Origin: Zoogloeaceae bacterium | GTDB taxonomy: Bacteria > Pseudomonadota > Gammaproteobacteria > Burkholderiales > Rhodocyclaceae | Length of the DNA stretch: 58,231 nt | Assembly: GCA_015657735.1 (NCBI GenBank) | Contig: SSSX01000392.1 | Span: 1-58,231, forward strand | Direction: 5' to 3' | Shown: positions 44,787 through 53,442 of the stretch, one piece after another | Position numbering within the stretch: position 1 is the stretch's first letter | How the letters are laid out: every line of letters starts with the position of its first letter | Program-made: the position numbers and the translations under genes | The notes under the pieces: model-generated | Database searches by the model: none | Told to the model about the DNA's origin: nothing | The model's input: the letters and a program-made list of their open reading frames with translations, nothing else

Positions 44787-45883
44787 CCCCGACGCCGTTC
44801 CCCTCCCTGACCTTCGCGCCCGACACCGCGCGTCTGGCCGACGCCCGCCACAGCGGCATCGTGATCTTCGGCTGCGGCAACTTCGCCCGCGATCTGCTGC
44901 GCGCCGCCGGGCGCATCGGCCTGACGGTGCACGGCTTCGTCGTCTCGACCGGCCAGCCGACGACCTACGCCAACCTGCCGGTCGCCACGCTCGCCGACCT
45001 GCCCGCGGCGTGGCTCGCCCTCCCGCTGTGGATCGGCGTCTTCAACCACCTGCCGTCAGCGAACTACGCCGCCATCCGCGCCACCTGCGCGCAGCGCGGC
45101 TTCACGCGCGTGCTGCTGCCGCAGGAATATTTCGAAGCCGTCGCCGCGCCGATGGGCTGGCGCTACTGGCTGACCGGACGCACCGACTACGCCGCCCACG
45201 AGGCCGAACTGCGCGCCGCCTTCGCCCAGCTCAGCGACGAGGAAAGCCGTCGCCTGCTGGCCGACACGCTGCGCTTCCGCCTCGGCGCGATCGCCACCAT
45301 CCCCGGTACGCCGGTCGAGGCCACCCATTACTTCCCGGAGTTCCTGAACGGCGCGCGCAGCGGCCCCCTCGGTCTGGTCGACGCCGGCGCCTACGACGGC
45401 GACACCCTCGCCCAGGCGCTGACCCGGCTGCCGCTGCGCGAAGCGTGGGCCTTCGAACCCGACCCACTCAATTTCGCGCGCCTCGCCGAGCGGGCGCGCA
45501 CCCTGCCGGTGCCGACGGTGTGCTTTCCGTGCGGACTGTCGTCGGCGACGGCCAGCGTCGCCTTCTCCAGCGGCAACGGCGAAGCCAGCGCCATCGGCGG
45601 CGACGGCAACATGCACATCCAGGTCGTCAGGCTCGACGACTGCCTGCCCAACGCCCGCGCCGACTACCTGAAGTTCGACGTCGAAGGCCACGAGATCGAG
45701 GCCCTGCGCGGCGCCACCGCGCTGGTGCAACGCAACCGCCCGATCCTGGCGATCGCCGGCTACCACCGCTGGGACGACCTGTGGCGCATCCCCGCCTGGA
45801 TCGCCAGCCTCGGACTCGACTACCGGCTCAGCTTCCGCATCCACACCCACAATTCCTTCGAAGCGGTCTTCTACGCCTACTGA
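44783..45883 (+). CDS. FkbM family methyltransferase
   Basis: VDAGAYDGDT, AFEPDP, KFDVEGHEIEALRGA, YH-x-x-DDLW. Confidence 0.85.
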   Translation: MTPTPFPSLTFAPDTARLADARHSGIVIFGCGNFARDLLRAAGRIGLTVHGFVVSTGQPTTYANLPVATLADLPAAWLALPLWIGVFNHLPSANYAAIRATCAQRGFTRVLLPQEYFEAVAAPMGWRYWLTGRTDYAAHEAELRAAFAQLSDEESRRLLADTLRFRLGAIATIPGTPVEATHYFPEFLNGARSGPLGLVDAGAYDGDTLAQALTRLPLREAWAFEPDPLNFARLAERARTLPVPTVCFPCGLSSATASVAFSSGNGEASAIGGDGNMHIQVVRLDDCLPNARADYLKFDVEGHEIEALRGATALVQRNRPILAIAGYHRWDDLWRIPAWIASLGLDYRLSFRIHTHNSFEAVFYAY

Positions 45884-45893
45884 GGTCTGCATC

Positions 45894-46985
45894 ATGAACA
45901 ACGCCATCTTCGAAAACCTGTTCGTCCTCGAACTCGCCAACAACCACTGGGGCCGCCTCGACCGCGGCCTGCGCATCGTCCACGAGTTTGCCCAGGTGGC
46001 CCGCTTCAACAACGTGCGGGTGGCCATCAAACTGCAGTTCCGCGAGGTGGATCACTTCATCCACAAGGATTTCCGCGGCCGCGACGACATCCGCTACATC
46101 AAGAAGACCGAGGCCACCCGCCTCACCAAGGCCGAATACCGGACGCTGGTGAAAGCCATCCGCGAGCGCAACTGCATCCCGATGGCCACCGCCTTCGACG
46201 AAGCCTCCGTCGACCTGTGCGAGGAACTCGACCTGCCGATCATCAAGATCGCCAGCTCCGACATCAACGACTGGTTCCTCATCGAGCGCATCGCCGCCAC
46301 GCGCAAGCCGGTCATCGTGTCGACCGGCGGCTCGACGCAGAAGGACATCGACGACATGGTGACCTACTTCGCCAACCGCAACATCCCGCTGGCGGTCAAT
46401 CACTGCGTGTCGATCTACCCCAGCGAGGACGACGAGCTGGAGCTCAACCAGATCGACTTCCTGCGCCAGCGCTACCCCCGCAACGTGGTCGGCCTGTCCA
46501 CCCACGAATACCACGACTGGACCGCGTCGATGCTGCTCTCCTACGCCAAGGGCGCGCGCACCTGGGAGCGCCACATCGACGTCGAGGAGGAAGGCATCCC
46601 GGTCTCCCCGTACTGCTCGCTGCCCCACCAGATCGACGAATGGTTCAAGGCCTTCCACAAGGCCGTCGAGATGTGCGGCGGCCCCGGCACCTCCAAGCGC
46701 GTCCCGAAAAAGAAGGAAACCGAATACCTCGACGCGCTGGTCCGCGGCGTCTACGCCAGGAAGGATCTGCCGGTCGGCTACGAACTGCAGCACCAGAACT
46801 CCGACGACGACTTCTACCTCGCCATTCCGCTGCAGAAGGGCCAGCTGTCGTGCCGCGAGGCGATGACCGGCCTCAGGCTGGTCCGCCCGGTCGCCAAGGA
46901 TTCGCCGCTGACCATCGACGATCTGGACAGCCCCTACGCCCAAAACGACGCCCTGCGCCGGACCATCTACGGCCGTGGCCTCTGA
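45894..46985 (+). CDS. N-acetylneuraminate-synthase (NeuB/SpsE) family PEP-dependent synthase with SAF domain
   Basis: ELANNHWG, IKLQF, TAFD, KIASSD, IVSTGG, HCVSIYP, GLSTHE, ERH; C-terminal RGVYARKDL. Confidence 0.85.
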   Translation: MNNAIFENLFVLELANNHWGRLDRGLRIVHEFAQVARFNNVRVAIKLQFREVDHFIHKDFRGRDDIRYIKKTEATRLTKAEYRTLVKAIRERNCIPMATAFDEASVDLCEELDLPIIKIASSDINDWFLIERIAATRKPVIVSTGGSTQKDIDDMVTYFANRNIPLAVNHCVSIYPSEDDELELNQIDFLRQRYPRNVVGLSTHEYHDWTASMLLSYAKGARTWERHIDVEEEGIPVSPYCSLPHQIDEWFKAFHKAVEMCGGPGTSKRVPKKKETEYLDALVRGVYARKDLPVGYELQHQNSDDDFYLAIPLQKGQLSCREAMTGLRLVRPVAKDSPLTIDDLDSPYAQNDALRRTIYGRGL

Positions 46986-48021
46986 CCTCCGCACCTTGCT
47001 CCCCGCACCGGGCAGCCCCGCCGTCCAGGGCCGCCTCGCGGCGCTGCTCGCGCACCTCGACAGCGACGCCTTTGCCGGCCGCACGGTGTTCGTCACCGGC
47101 GGCACCGGCTTCTTCGGCTACTGGCTGCTGAGCCTCTTCGACCTGCTCCGCCAGCGCGGTTGCGACGTCCGCGTGCGTCTGCTGTCGCGCGATCCGGACG
47201 CCTTCCTGGCCCGCGCGCCGGCGTTCGCCGGCCAGCCGTGGATCGGCTGGGTGCGCGGCAACGTCCGCAGCTTCCGCGACGACACGCCGGCCGACTTCGT
47301 CCTGCACGCCGCCACCGACACCGACCCCGACGCCCACCGCCAGCCGCTGGCGATCATGGACGACGTGCTGCTCGGCACCCGCCACACCCTCGCCCACGCC
47401 CTCGCCTGCGGTGCCCGCCGCGCCCTCTACGTCAGCTCGGGCGCCATCTACGGCCCCCAGCCGGCCGGCGTCGAGCGGCTCTCCGAAAGCGCCGCCTGCG
47501 CCTGCGACGCCTGCCACCCGGCCAGCGCCTACGGCGAGGCCAAGCGCGCCGCCGAGCAGTGGAGCCTGCAATTCGGCCTGCAGCACGGCATCGCCATCCC
47601 GGTTGCGCGCTGCTTCGCCTTCGTCGGCGCCGGCCTGCCCCTCGACGGCCACTTCGCCATCGGCAACTTCATCGGCGACGCCCTCGCCGGCCGGCCGATC
47701 CGCGTCGGCGGCGACGGCACCCCGCTGCGCAGCTACCTCTACGGCGCCGATCTGGCGGTGTGGCTGCTGCACCTGCTCGCCCGCGGCAGCCACGGTCGCG
47801 CCTACAACGTCGGCTCCGACCAGGCGCTGTCGATCCGCCAGCTCGCCGAAACCGTCCGCGACACCCTGTCCCCGGCCCAGCCCGTCCGGATCACCTGCAG
47901 CGCCCCCGACAACGCCCTGCGCTCGCGCTACATCCCGGCCATCGAGCGGGCCCGCGACGAACTCGGACTCGACGCCTGGACCCCGCTGGCCGAGGCGATC
48001 CGCCTCACCGCCGCCACCTGA
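46975..48021 (+). CDS. NAD-dependent epimerase/dehydratase/reductase (extended SDR)
   Basis: TGGTGFFG, SSGAIYG, YGEAK (YxxxK), ARCFAFVG, GDGTPLRSYLY. Confidence 0.88.
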   Translation: MASDLRTLLPAPGSPAVQGRLAALLAHLDSDAFAGRTVFVTGGTGFFGYWLLSLFDLLRQRGCDVRVRLLSRDPDAFLARAPAFAGQPWIGWVRGNVRSFRDDTPADFVLHAATDTDPDAHRQPLAIMDDVLLGTRHTLAHALACGARRALYVSSGAIYGPQPAGVERLSESAACACDACHPASAYGEAKRAAEQWSLQFGLQHGIAIPVARCFAFVGAGLPLDGHFAIGNFIGDALAGRPIRVGGDGTPLRSYLYGADLAVWLLHLLARGSHGRAYNVGSDQALSIRQLAETVRDTLSPAQPVRITCSAPDNALRSRYIPAIERARDELGLDAWTPLAEAIRLTAAT

Positions 48022-48035
48022 TCCTGACTGCCGCC

Positions 48036-51000
48036 ATGCCCGTCCGCCCCCACATTTTCGAGACGCCGCGCCGCCCCTACTACATCGAGGCGCCCCCCTA
48101 CCGCCGCACCTCGGCCGGCATCAAGGTGCTGCATCTGCTGTGCCACGCCCTCAACCGCATCGGCGAGGACGCCTACGTCTACACCCCGGTCACCGACCCC
48201 CAGCTCGACACCCCGACGCTCAGCCCCGAGCTCATCGAGCAGCACCGCCAGGCCGGCCGCCAGCCGATCGTCGTCTATCCCGAGATCGTTCCCGGCAATC
48301 CGCGCCAGGCGGCGTCGGTGGTGCGCTACGTCCTCAACCGGGCCGGACTGATCGGCGGCGACGCCGCCTTCGCCGACACCGAACTCGTTTTCGGCTACGG
48401 CCGCAACATCCTCCCCGACGGCGCCGACCCCGCCAACGTCCTGTTCCTGCCGCCCATCGACACGCGCATCTTCAACAACCTCGACAATCCCCACGACGGC
48501 GCCCGCAGCGGCGTGCTGCTCTATCCGGGCCGCCATCAGGCCAGCCTCGCCGACCATCCCGACCTCGCCGCCCGCGCCACCCTGATCACCGCCGACTGGC
48601 CCGAAACCCACGCCGCGCTGGCCGATCTGTTCCGCCGCAGCGAAGCCGTTTACTGCTTCGAGTCCACCGCCATCGCCCTCGAAGCCACGCTCTGCGGCTG
48701 CCCGGCAATCATCCTGCCGTCCCCGTTCTTCAACGGCACCCTGCTCAGCGACGGCGAAGTCGGCCGCGACGGTCTGGCCCTCAACGACTCCGCCGAAGAA
48801 ATCGCCTACGCCAGACGCAGCGTCGGCCAGATGTGGGACCGCTACCGCGCCACCGAGGATCGCTTCTGGCAGCAGCTCGACCGCTTCGTCGAGCTGACCC
48901 AGGCCATGCCGGTCCACGCCGCCCCGGCCGCGCCGGCCACCCACGCCGCCCAGCAGGAGTCCGACACCCTCTACGCCACCTGGCGAGCCCGCCGCACGCT
49001 GCAGGAGATCGACGCCCAGCTGCTCGCCGAGCGCATGGTCCTGACCTGGTCCACCCGCCCCGGCATCCATCTGCTGATGACCGTCCTGCCCGGCGAGGAA
49101 GCGCTCCTTGCCGACACCCTCGACAGCCTCGCCGTGCAGCTCTACCCCGAATGGCTGCTCACCGTCGCCACCCCGCTCGACACCCCCGAAGGCCTCGCCG
49201 ACATCCCCAACCTGCAGTGGCTGACCCTGCGCGACGCCGCCCACCTCGACTACGTCATCGACGAAATGGCCGCCGCCTCGCCGGGCAGCTGGCTGGCCCG
49301 CATCGAGCCGGGCCTCACCTTCGAGGCGCACGCCCTGCAGGTCATCGCCGACTACATCAACCTCAAGCACGACTGGCGCCTGATCTACACCGACGAGGAC
49401 ACCGTCGAACCCGACGGCCGCTACACCCAGCCGTGCTTCAAGCCCGACCTCAACCTCGACCTGCTGCGCGCGCAGGCCTATTTCGGCAGCTTCGTGCTCG
49501 TCGAGAAACAGGCCTTCCTCGCCTGCGGGCGCTTCGGCAACCTCCCCGGCGCCGAAAACTACGACCTCGGCCTGCGCCTGCTCGACCATGCCGGCGACGC
49601 CGCCGTCGGCCACATCGACCAGATGCTCGCCCACCTGCCCCGCGCCTCCCGGCGTGCCATGCACCCGGGCGCCGAAAAATCCGCCCTCCTCGCCCACCTC
49701 GCCCGCCGCGGCCTCGACGCCACGGTCCATGACGGCGCCACCTTCGGCACCCGGCGCGTGCAATACCACTGGTCCGACGCCCCGCTCGCCAGCCTCGTCA
49801 TCCAGACCCGCGACCGCGAGGAATACCTGCGCCCGCTGCTCGACAGCATCCTCGAACGCACCCGCTACCCGAACTACGAGATCGTCGTCGTCGACAACGA
49901 CAGCACCGACCCCGACGCCCTCGCCTACCTGGCCGGCCTGGAACGCGACGCCCCGTGGGCCGGACGGGCCCGCATCGTGCGCTGCCCCGGCGAATTCAGT
50001 CACGCCCGCGGCGCCAACGCCGGTGCCGCCGCCGCCCGCGGCGACTACCTGCTGTTCCTCGACAACGACACCCACGTCGTGCAGGACGAATGGCTCGACC
50101 GCCTGATGGACATCGCCATGCGCCCCGAAGTCGGCATCGTCGGCCCGCGCCTCACCTACCCCGAAACCGCCAAGGTCCAGCAGACTGGCTGGGTCCTCGG
50201 CCTGCGCGGCAGCGCCGGCAGCGCCTGGAACAACGACCTCGAGATCACCGACCCCGGCTACATGGGCCGCGCCCTGTGCGACCAGAACGTCAGCGCGGTG
50301 AGCGGCTCGGCGCTACTCATCCGGCGCAGCGTGTTCGAGCAGCTCGGCGGCATGGACGCCGGCCGCTTCCCGCTCGCCCACGGCACCCTCGACCTGTGCC
50401 TGCGGGCCGGCGAACTCGGCCACAAGATCGTGTGGACGCCCTACGCGATGCTCATCCACTACGACGCCGTGTCGCTCAAGGCCCGTCAGCGCAAACCCGA
50501 CGGCGCGCTGGCCGACCTCAACGCGGCCCTCGCCGCCAACGACCGCCTGCTCGAGCGCTGGCTGCCGCGCCTTGCCCACGACCCGGCCTACAACCGCAAT
50601 CTCAGCCTCGCCGACCCCTTCAAGCCCGAGCATGTCGCCCCCATCGACTGGGACACCCACTTCCACGACCGCCCGCGCATTCTCGGCGTGCCGCTCACCG
50701 GCGGCGCCGGCGAATACCGCCTGCGCGCGCCGCTGCGCGCCATCGGCCAGGCCGGCCTCGCCCAGACGATGATCTGCGAACCGCCCAAAGCCTTCTCGGT
50801 GCGCATCCTGTCGCCGGTCGAACTGGCCCGCGCTGCGCCCGACACCATCGTCCTGCACCAACCCCTCGACGACCCGCAGACCGACGCCCTCGAAAGCTAC
50901 GCCCGCTTCCTGCCGCAGGTGCGCCGCATCGTCACCATCGACGACCTGATTACTGCCATCCCGCGCAAGAACTCGTTCTACAAGGCCGGCTTCAAGGACG

Positions 51001-51668
51001 CCCGCCCGCGCCTGCGCCGCACCCTCGGTCTGGTCAACCGCCTGGTGGTCAGCACCCGGCCGCTCGCCGACTTCTGCGCCGACATGATCGGCGACGTGCG
51101 CATCATGCCCAACTGCCTCGAAGGCGCGCTGTGGAACGACGTGGCCCCGGCCCGCCTGCCGCGCCGCAAACCCCGCGTCGGCTGGGCCGGCGCCCAGCAA
51201 CACCTGGGCGACCTGGAACTCATCTACCCGGTCGTCGAAGCGCTGGCCGACGAGGTGGACTGGATCTTCATGGGCATGTGTCCCGAGCCGCTGAAACCCT
51301 TCGTGCATGAATCCCACGGTTTCGAGCTGGACTTCCGCGCCTACCCGAAGGCGCTGGCCCGTCTCGACCTCGACCTGGCCATCGCCCCCCTCGAAATCCA
51401 CGCCTTCAACGAAGCCAAAAGCAACCTGCGGCTGCTCGAATATGGCGCGATGGGCTGGCCGGTGATCTGCACCGACATCCACCCCTACCAGAACGCCCCG
51501 GTCACCCGCCTGCCCAACGACCCCGAAAAGTGGATCAGGACGATCCGCGAACAGCTCGCCGAGCCCGCCGCCCTGCATGCCGCCGGGCTCGCCCTCCAGC
51601 AATGGGTGCGCAACGGCTTCATCCTCGAAAGCCACGCCGCCAGCTGGTTTGCCGCCTACGGACCATGA
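48036..51668 (+). CDS. Large multi-domain glycosyltransferase (N-terminal GT-like, two GT2-type and C-terminal GT-B-like modules); probable flagellin glycosyltransferase
   Basis: 1210 aa; IYTDED...FKPD, VVVDNDSTD, LFLDND, VGWAG...HLGDL, KSNLRLLEYG; immediately upstream of fliC. Confidence 0.85.
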   Translation: MPVRPHIFETPRRPYYIEAPPYRRTSAGIKVLHLLCHALNRIGEDAYVYTPVTDPQLDTPTLSPELIEQHRQAGRQPIVVYPEIVPGNPRQAASVVRYVLNRAGLIGGDAAFADTELVFGYGRNILPDGADPANVLFLPPIDTRIFNNLDNPHDGARSGVLLYPGRHQASLADHPDLAARATLITADWPETHAALADLFRRSEAVYCFESTAIALEATLCGCPAIILPSPFFNGTLLSDGEVGRDGLALNDSAEEIAYARRSVGQMWDRYRATEDRFWQQLDRFVELTQAMPVHAAPAAPATHAAQQESDTLYATWRARRTLQEIDAQLLAERMVLTWSTRPGIHLLMTVLPGEEALLADTLDSLAVQLYPEWLLTVATPLDTPEGLADIPNLQWLTLRDAAHLDYVIDEMAAASPGSWLARIEPGLTFEAHALQVIADYINLKHDWRLIYTDEDTVEPDGRYTQPCFKPDLNLDLLRAQAYFGSFVLVEKQAFLACGRFGNLPGAENYDLGLRLLDHAGDAAVGHIDQMLAHLPRASRRAMHPGAEKSALLAHLARRGLDATVHDGATFGTRRVQYHWSDAPLASLVIQTRDREEYLRPLLDSILERTRYPNYEIVVVDNDSTDPDALAYLAGLERDAPWAGRARIVRCPGEFSHARGANAGAAAARGDYLLFLDNDTHVVQDEWLDRLMDIAMRPEVGIVGPRLTYPETAKVQQTGWVLGLRGSAGSAWNNDLEITDPGYMGRALCDQNVSAVSGSALLIRRSVFEQLGGMDAGRFPLAHGTLDLCLRAGELGHKIVWTPYAMLIHYDAVSLKARQRKPDGALADLNAALAANDRLLERWLPRLAHDPAYNRNLSLADPFKPEHVAPIDWDTHFHDRPRILGVPLTGGAGEYRLRAPLRAIGQAGLAQTMICEPPKAFSVRILSPVELARAAPDTIVLHQPLDDPQTDALESYARFLPQVRRIVTIDDLITAIPRKNSFYKAGFKDARPRLRRTLGLVNRLVVSTRPLADFCADMIGDVRIMPNCLEGALWNDVAPARLPRRKPRVGWAGAQQHLGDLELIYPVVEALADEVDWIFMGMCPEPLKPFVHESHGFELDFRAYPKALARLDLDLAIAPLEIHAFNEAKSNLRLLEYGAMGWPVICTDIHPYQNAPVTRLPNDPEKWIRTIREQLAEPAALHAAGLALQQWVRNGFILESHAASWFAAYGP

Positions 51669-51741
51669 AGGGCGTCGCACTCCACCCTGAAAGCATATTG
51701 CCGACCGGCCGGAAATCCCGGCCGCTTCGTGATTTTGGTGC

Positions 51742-51768
51742 TAAAGCTTTGATTTTCTGCGCCGCTAT
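51742..51768 (+). promoter_or_regulatory. Sigma-28 promoter, distal
   Basis: TAAA-N15-GCCGCTAT compared with consensus TAAA-N15-GCCGATAA. Confidence 0.55.
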
Positions 51769-51836
51769 CACAAGCCAAGCGGTAGTCCGGCAATATTTTC
51801 AACCAGCACATAAAATCAAAAAAGTCAACGATTTTC

Positions 51837-51863
51837 TAAAGTCCTTCCGGCCAGTTCCGTTAA
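51837..51863 (+). promoter_or_regulatory. Sigma-28 promoter, proximal to fliC
   Basis: TAAA-N15-TCCGTTAA, ending 94 nt upstream of the fliC ATG. Confidence 0.65.
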
Positions 51864-51956
51864 TGATTTCAACGGCGGTTGCCTTACACACACCGGGCAA
51901 GGCGAACCAAAGTTAAGCCTAAACGCTTATCTTGAACGGAATTAAGGAGAATCAAA

Positions 51957-52781
51957 ATGGCTGCCACTATCAACACCAATGCGATGTCGCTGAATGCGCA
52001 ACGCAACCTTTCGACCTCGCAATCGAGCTTGGCCACGTCGGTGCAGCGCCTGTCCTCCGGCCTGCGCGTGAATAGCGCCAAGGACGATGCCGCCGGTCTG
52101 GCCATTGCCGACCGCATGAACTCCCAGGCCAAGGGCTTCGACGTCGCGATCCGCAATGCCAACGACGGCATCTCGATGGCGCAGACCGCCGAAAGCGCGA
52201 TGCAGGCCATCACCGACAACCTGCAACGGATGCGCGAACTGGCCGTCCAGTCGGCCAACGGCACCTACACCTCGGGCGACCAGGCCAACCTGGACACCGA
52301 ATTCCAGCAACTGCAGCAGGAAATCCAGCGCGTCGTCGGCGGCACCACCTTCAACGGTCAGAATGTGTTGAACCTGACCTCCGCCGTGACCTTCCAGGTC
52401 GGCGCCGGCACCGCCGCGACCGACACCATCCAGGTGCAGGGCAGCGCGGTTTCGCTGTCCGGCGTGTCCGCCGCTGTCACCGGCAGCGTGTCGGCAGCCG
52501 GCGCGGCCACTGCAGCGATCGCCAGCATCGACACGCAGCTGAACAACCTGAACACCGCCCGTGCCACCTGGGGCGCCGTCCAGAACCGCTTCAGCTCGGT
52601 GGTGCAGACCCTGCAGGTGGCCTCCGAAAACGCCCAGGCGTCGCGCGGCCGGATCATGGACGCCGACTTCGCCAAGGAAACCGCCAACATGACCCGCGCG
52701 CAGATTCTGCAGCAGGCCGGTACCGCGATGGTCTCGCAGGCCAACAGCATGCCCAACAACGTGCTGTCCCTGCTCAAGTAA
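51957..52781 (+). CDS. fliC: Flagellin (short, 274 aa)
   Basis: [56 protein letters not shown]; AAGGAG RBS. Confidence 0.97.
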   Translation: MAATINTNAMSLNAQRNLSTSQSSLATSVQRLSSGLRVNSAKDDAAGLAIADRMNSQAKGFDVAIRNANDGISMAQTAESAMQAITDNLQRMRELAVQSANGTYTSGDQANLDTEFQQLQQEIQRVVGGTTFNGQNVLNLTSAVTFQVGAGTAATDTIQVQGSAVSLSGVSAAVTGSVSAAGAATAAIASIDTQLNNLNTARATWGAVQNRFSSVVQTLQVASENAQASRGRIMDADFAKETANMTRAQILQQAGTAMVSQANSMPNNVLSLLK

Positions 52782-52805
52782 GACGATTCAACCGTAACCC
52801 GGCGC

Positions 52806-52832
52806 GCGCTGCCACCGTAACGGTGGCAGCGC
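52806..52832 (+). terminator. Strong hairpin between fliC and flaG (no U-tract; mRNA stabiliser or partial terminator)
   Basis: GCGCTGCCACCG-taa-CGGTGGCAGCGC, a perfect 12-bp stem. Confidence 0.6.
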
Positions 52833-52850
52833 CGTCGGCACAAAGGGGAG

Positions 52851-53243
52851 ATGAGCATGAGCATCCAGCCAGTCGGCGCGAGCACGGCGCAATACGTGCC
52901 GCCCGTCCAGACATCCGCCGGGGGCGCCCGTCCGGTCGAGGCATCTCCCGACACAAGCAAGATCCAGTCGCTCCGCGACACCGCCGGCGTGAAGGCCGCC
53001 GAGACATCGGCGGTGCCCAGCAGCGAGCAACTGACCCAGGCCGTCAACCAGATCCAGGACGTGATCAAGCAGACCGCCAACAGCCTGCAGTTCTCCATCG
53101 ACAAGGACAGCGGCACGACCATCGTCAAGGTCGTCGACACCGAGTCCAAGAAAGTCATCCGCCAGATTCCGTCGGAAGAAGTCCTGGCCATCGCCAAGGC
53201 GCTCGACAAATTGCAGGGTCTGCTCGTCAAGCAGCAGGCCTGA
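52851..53243 (+). CDS. flaG: Flagellar protein FlaG
   Basis: LQFSIDKDSG, VKVVD, VIRQIPSEEVL; located between fliC and fliD. Confidence 0.92.
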   Translation: MSMSIQPVGASTAQYVPPVQTSAGGARPVEASPDTSKIQSLRDTAGVKAAETSAVPSSEQLTQAVNQIQDVIKQTANSLQFSIDKDSGTTIVKVVDTESKKVIRQIPSEEVLAIAKALDKLQGLLVKQQA

Positions 53244-53283
53244 GCTTTTCCCCAGTCGCCAGGCCCTCCCTGGCGTACCTTAG

Positions 53284-53309
53284 ATCCCACCCTCGCGGTG
53301 GGATTTTTT
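53284..53309 (+). terminator. Intrinsic terminator after flaG
   Basis: ATCCCACC-ctcgc-GGTGGGAT followed by a T run. Confidence 0.75.
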
Positions 53310-53335
53310 CGGCCGCGCGCATGCCGTCCGCAGAC

Positions 53336-53351
53336 TGGCATGCATTCTGCT
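53336..53351 (+). promoter_or_regulatory. Putative sigma-54 promoter upstream of fliD
   Basis: TGGCAT-GCATT-CTGCT (GG-N10-GC). Confidence 0.55.
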
Positions 53352-53377
53352 TGAAATCTGCCAACGACACGCGGCGC

Positions 53378-53404
53378 TCAAGTTTTCCGCGACGCGGTCG
53401 TAAT
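53378..53404 (+). promoter_or_regulatory. Putative sigma-28 promoter upstream of fliD
   Basis: TCAA-N15-GTCGTAAT, a weak -10 match. Confidence 0.45.
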
Positions 53405-53442
53405 CCAAACAAACTGCAATCCAGCAACACAAGGGGTGCATC

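Noticed and set aside
45894-46985. Calling the NeuB-family gene neuB/pseI/legI of a standard nonulosonate pathway
   Set aside because: None of the precursor or CMP-activation genes are in the island, so no gene symbol was assigned.
51936-51948. Tandem ANGGA motifs (possible CsrA sites) in the fliC leader
   Set aside because: One is simply the SD, they are only 3 nt apart and no supporting hairpins are evident.
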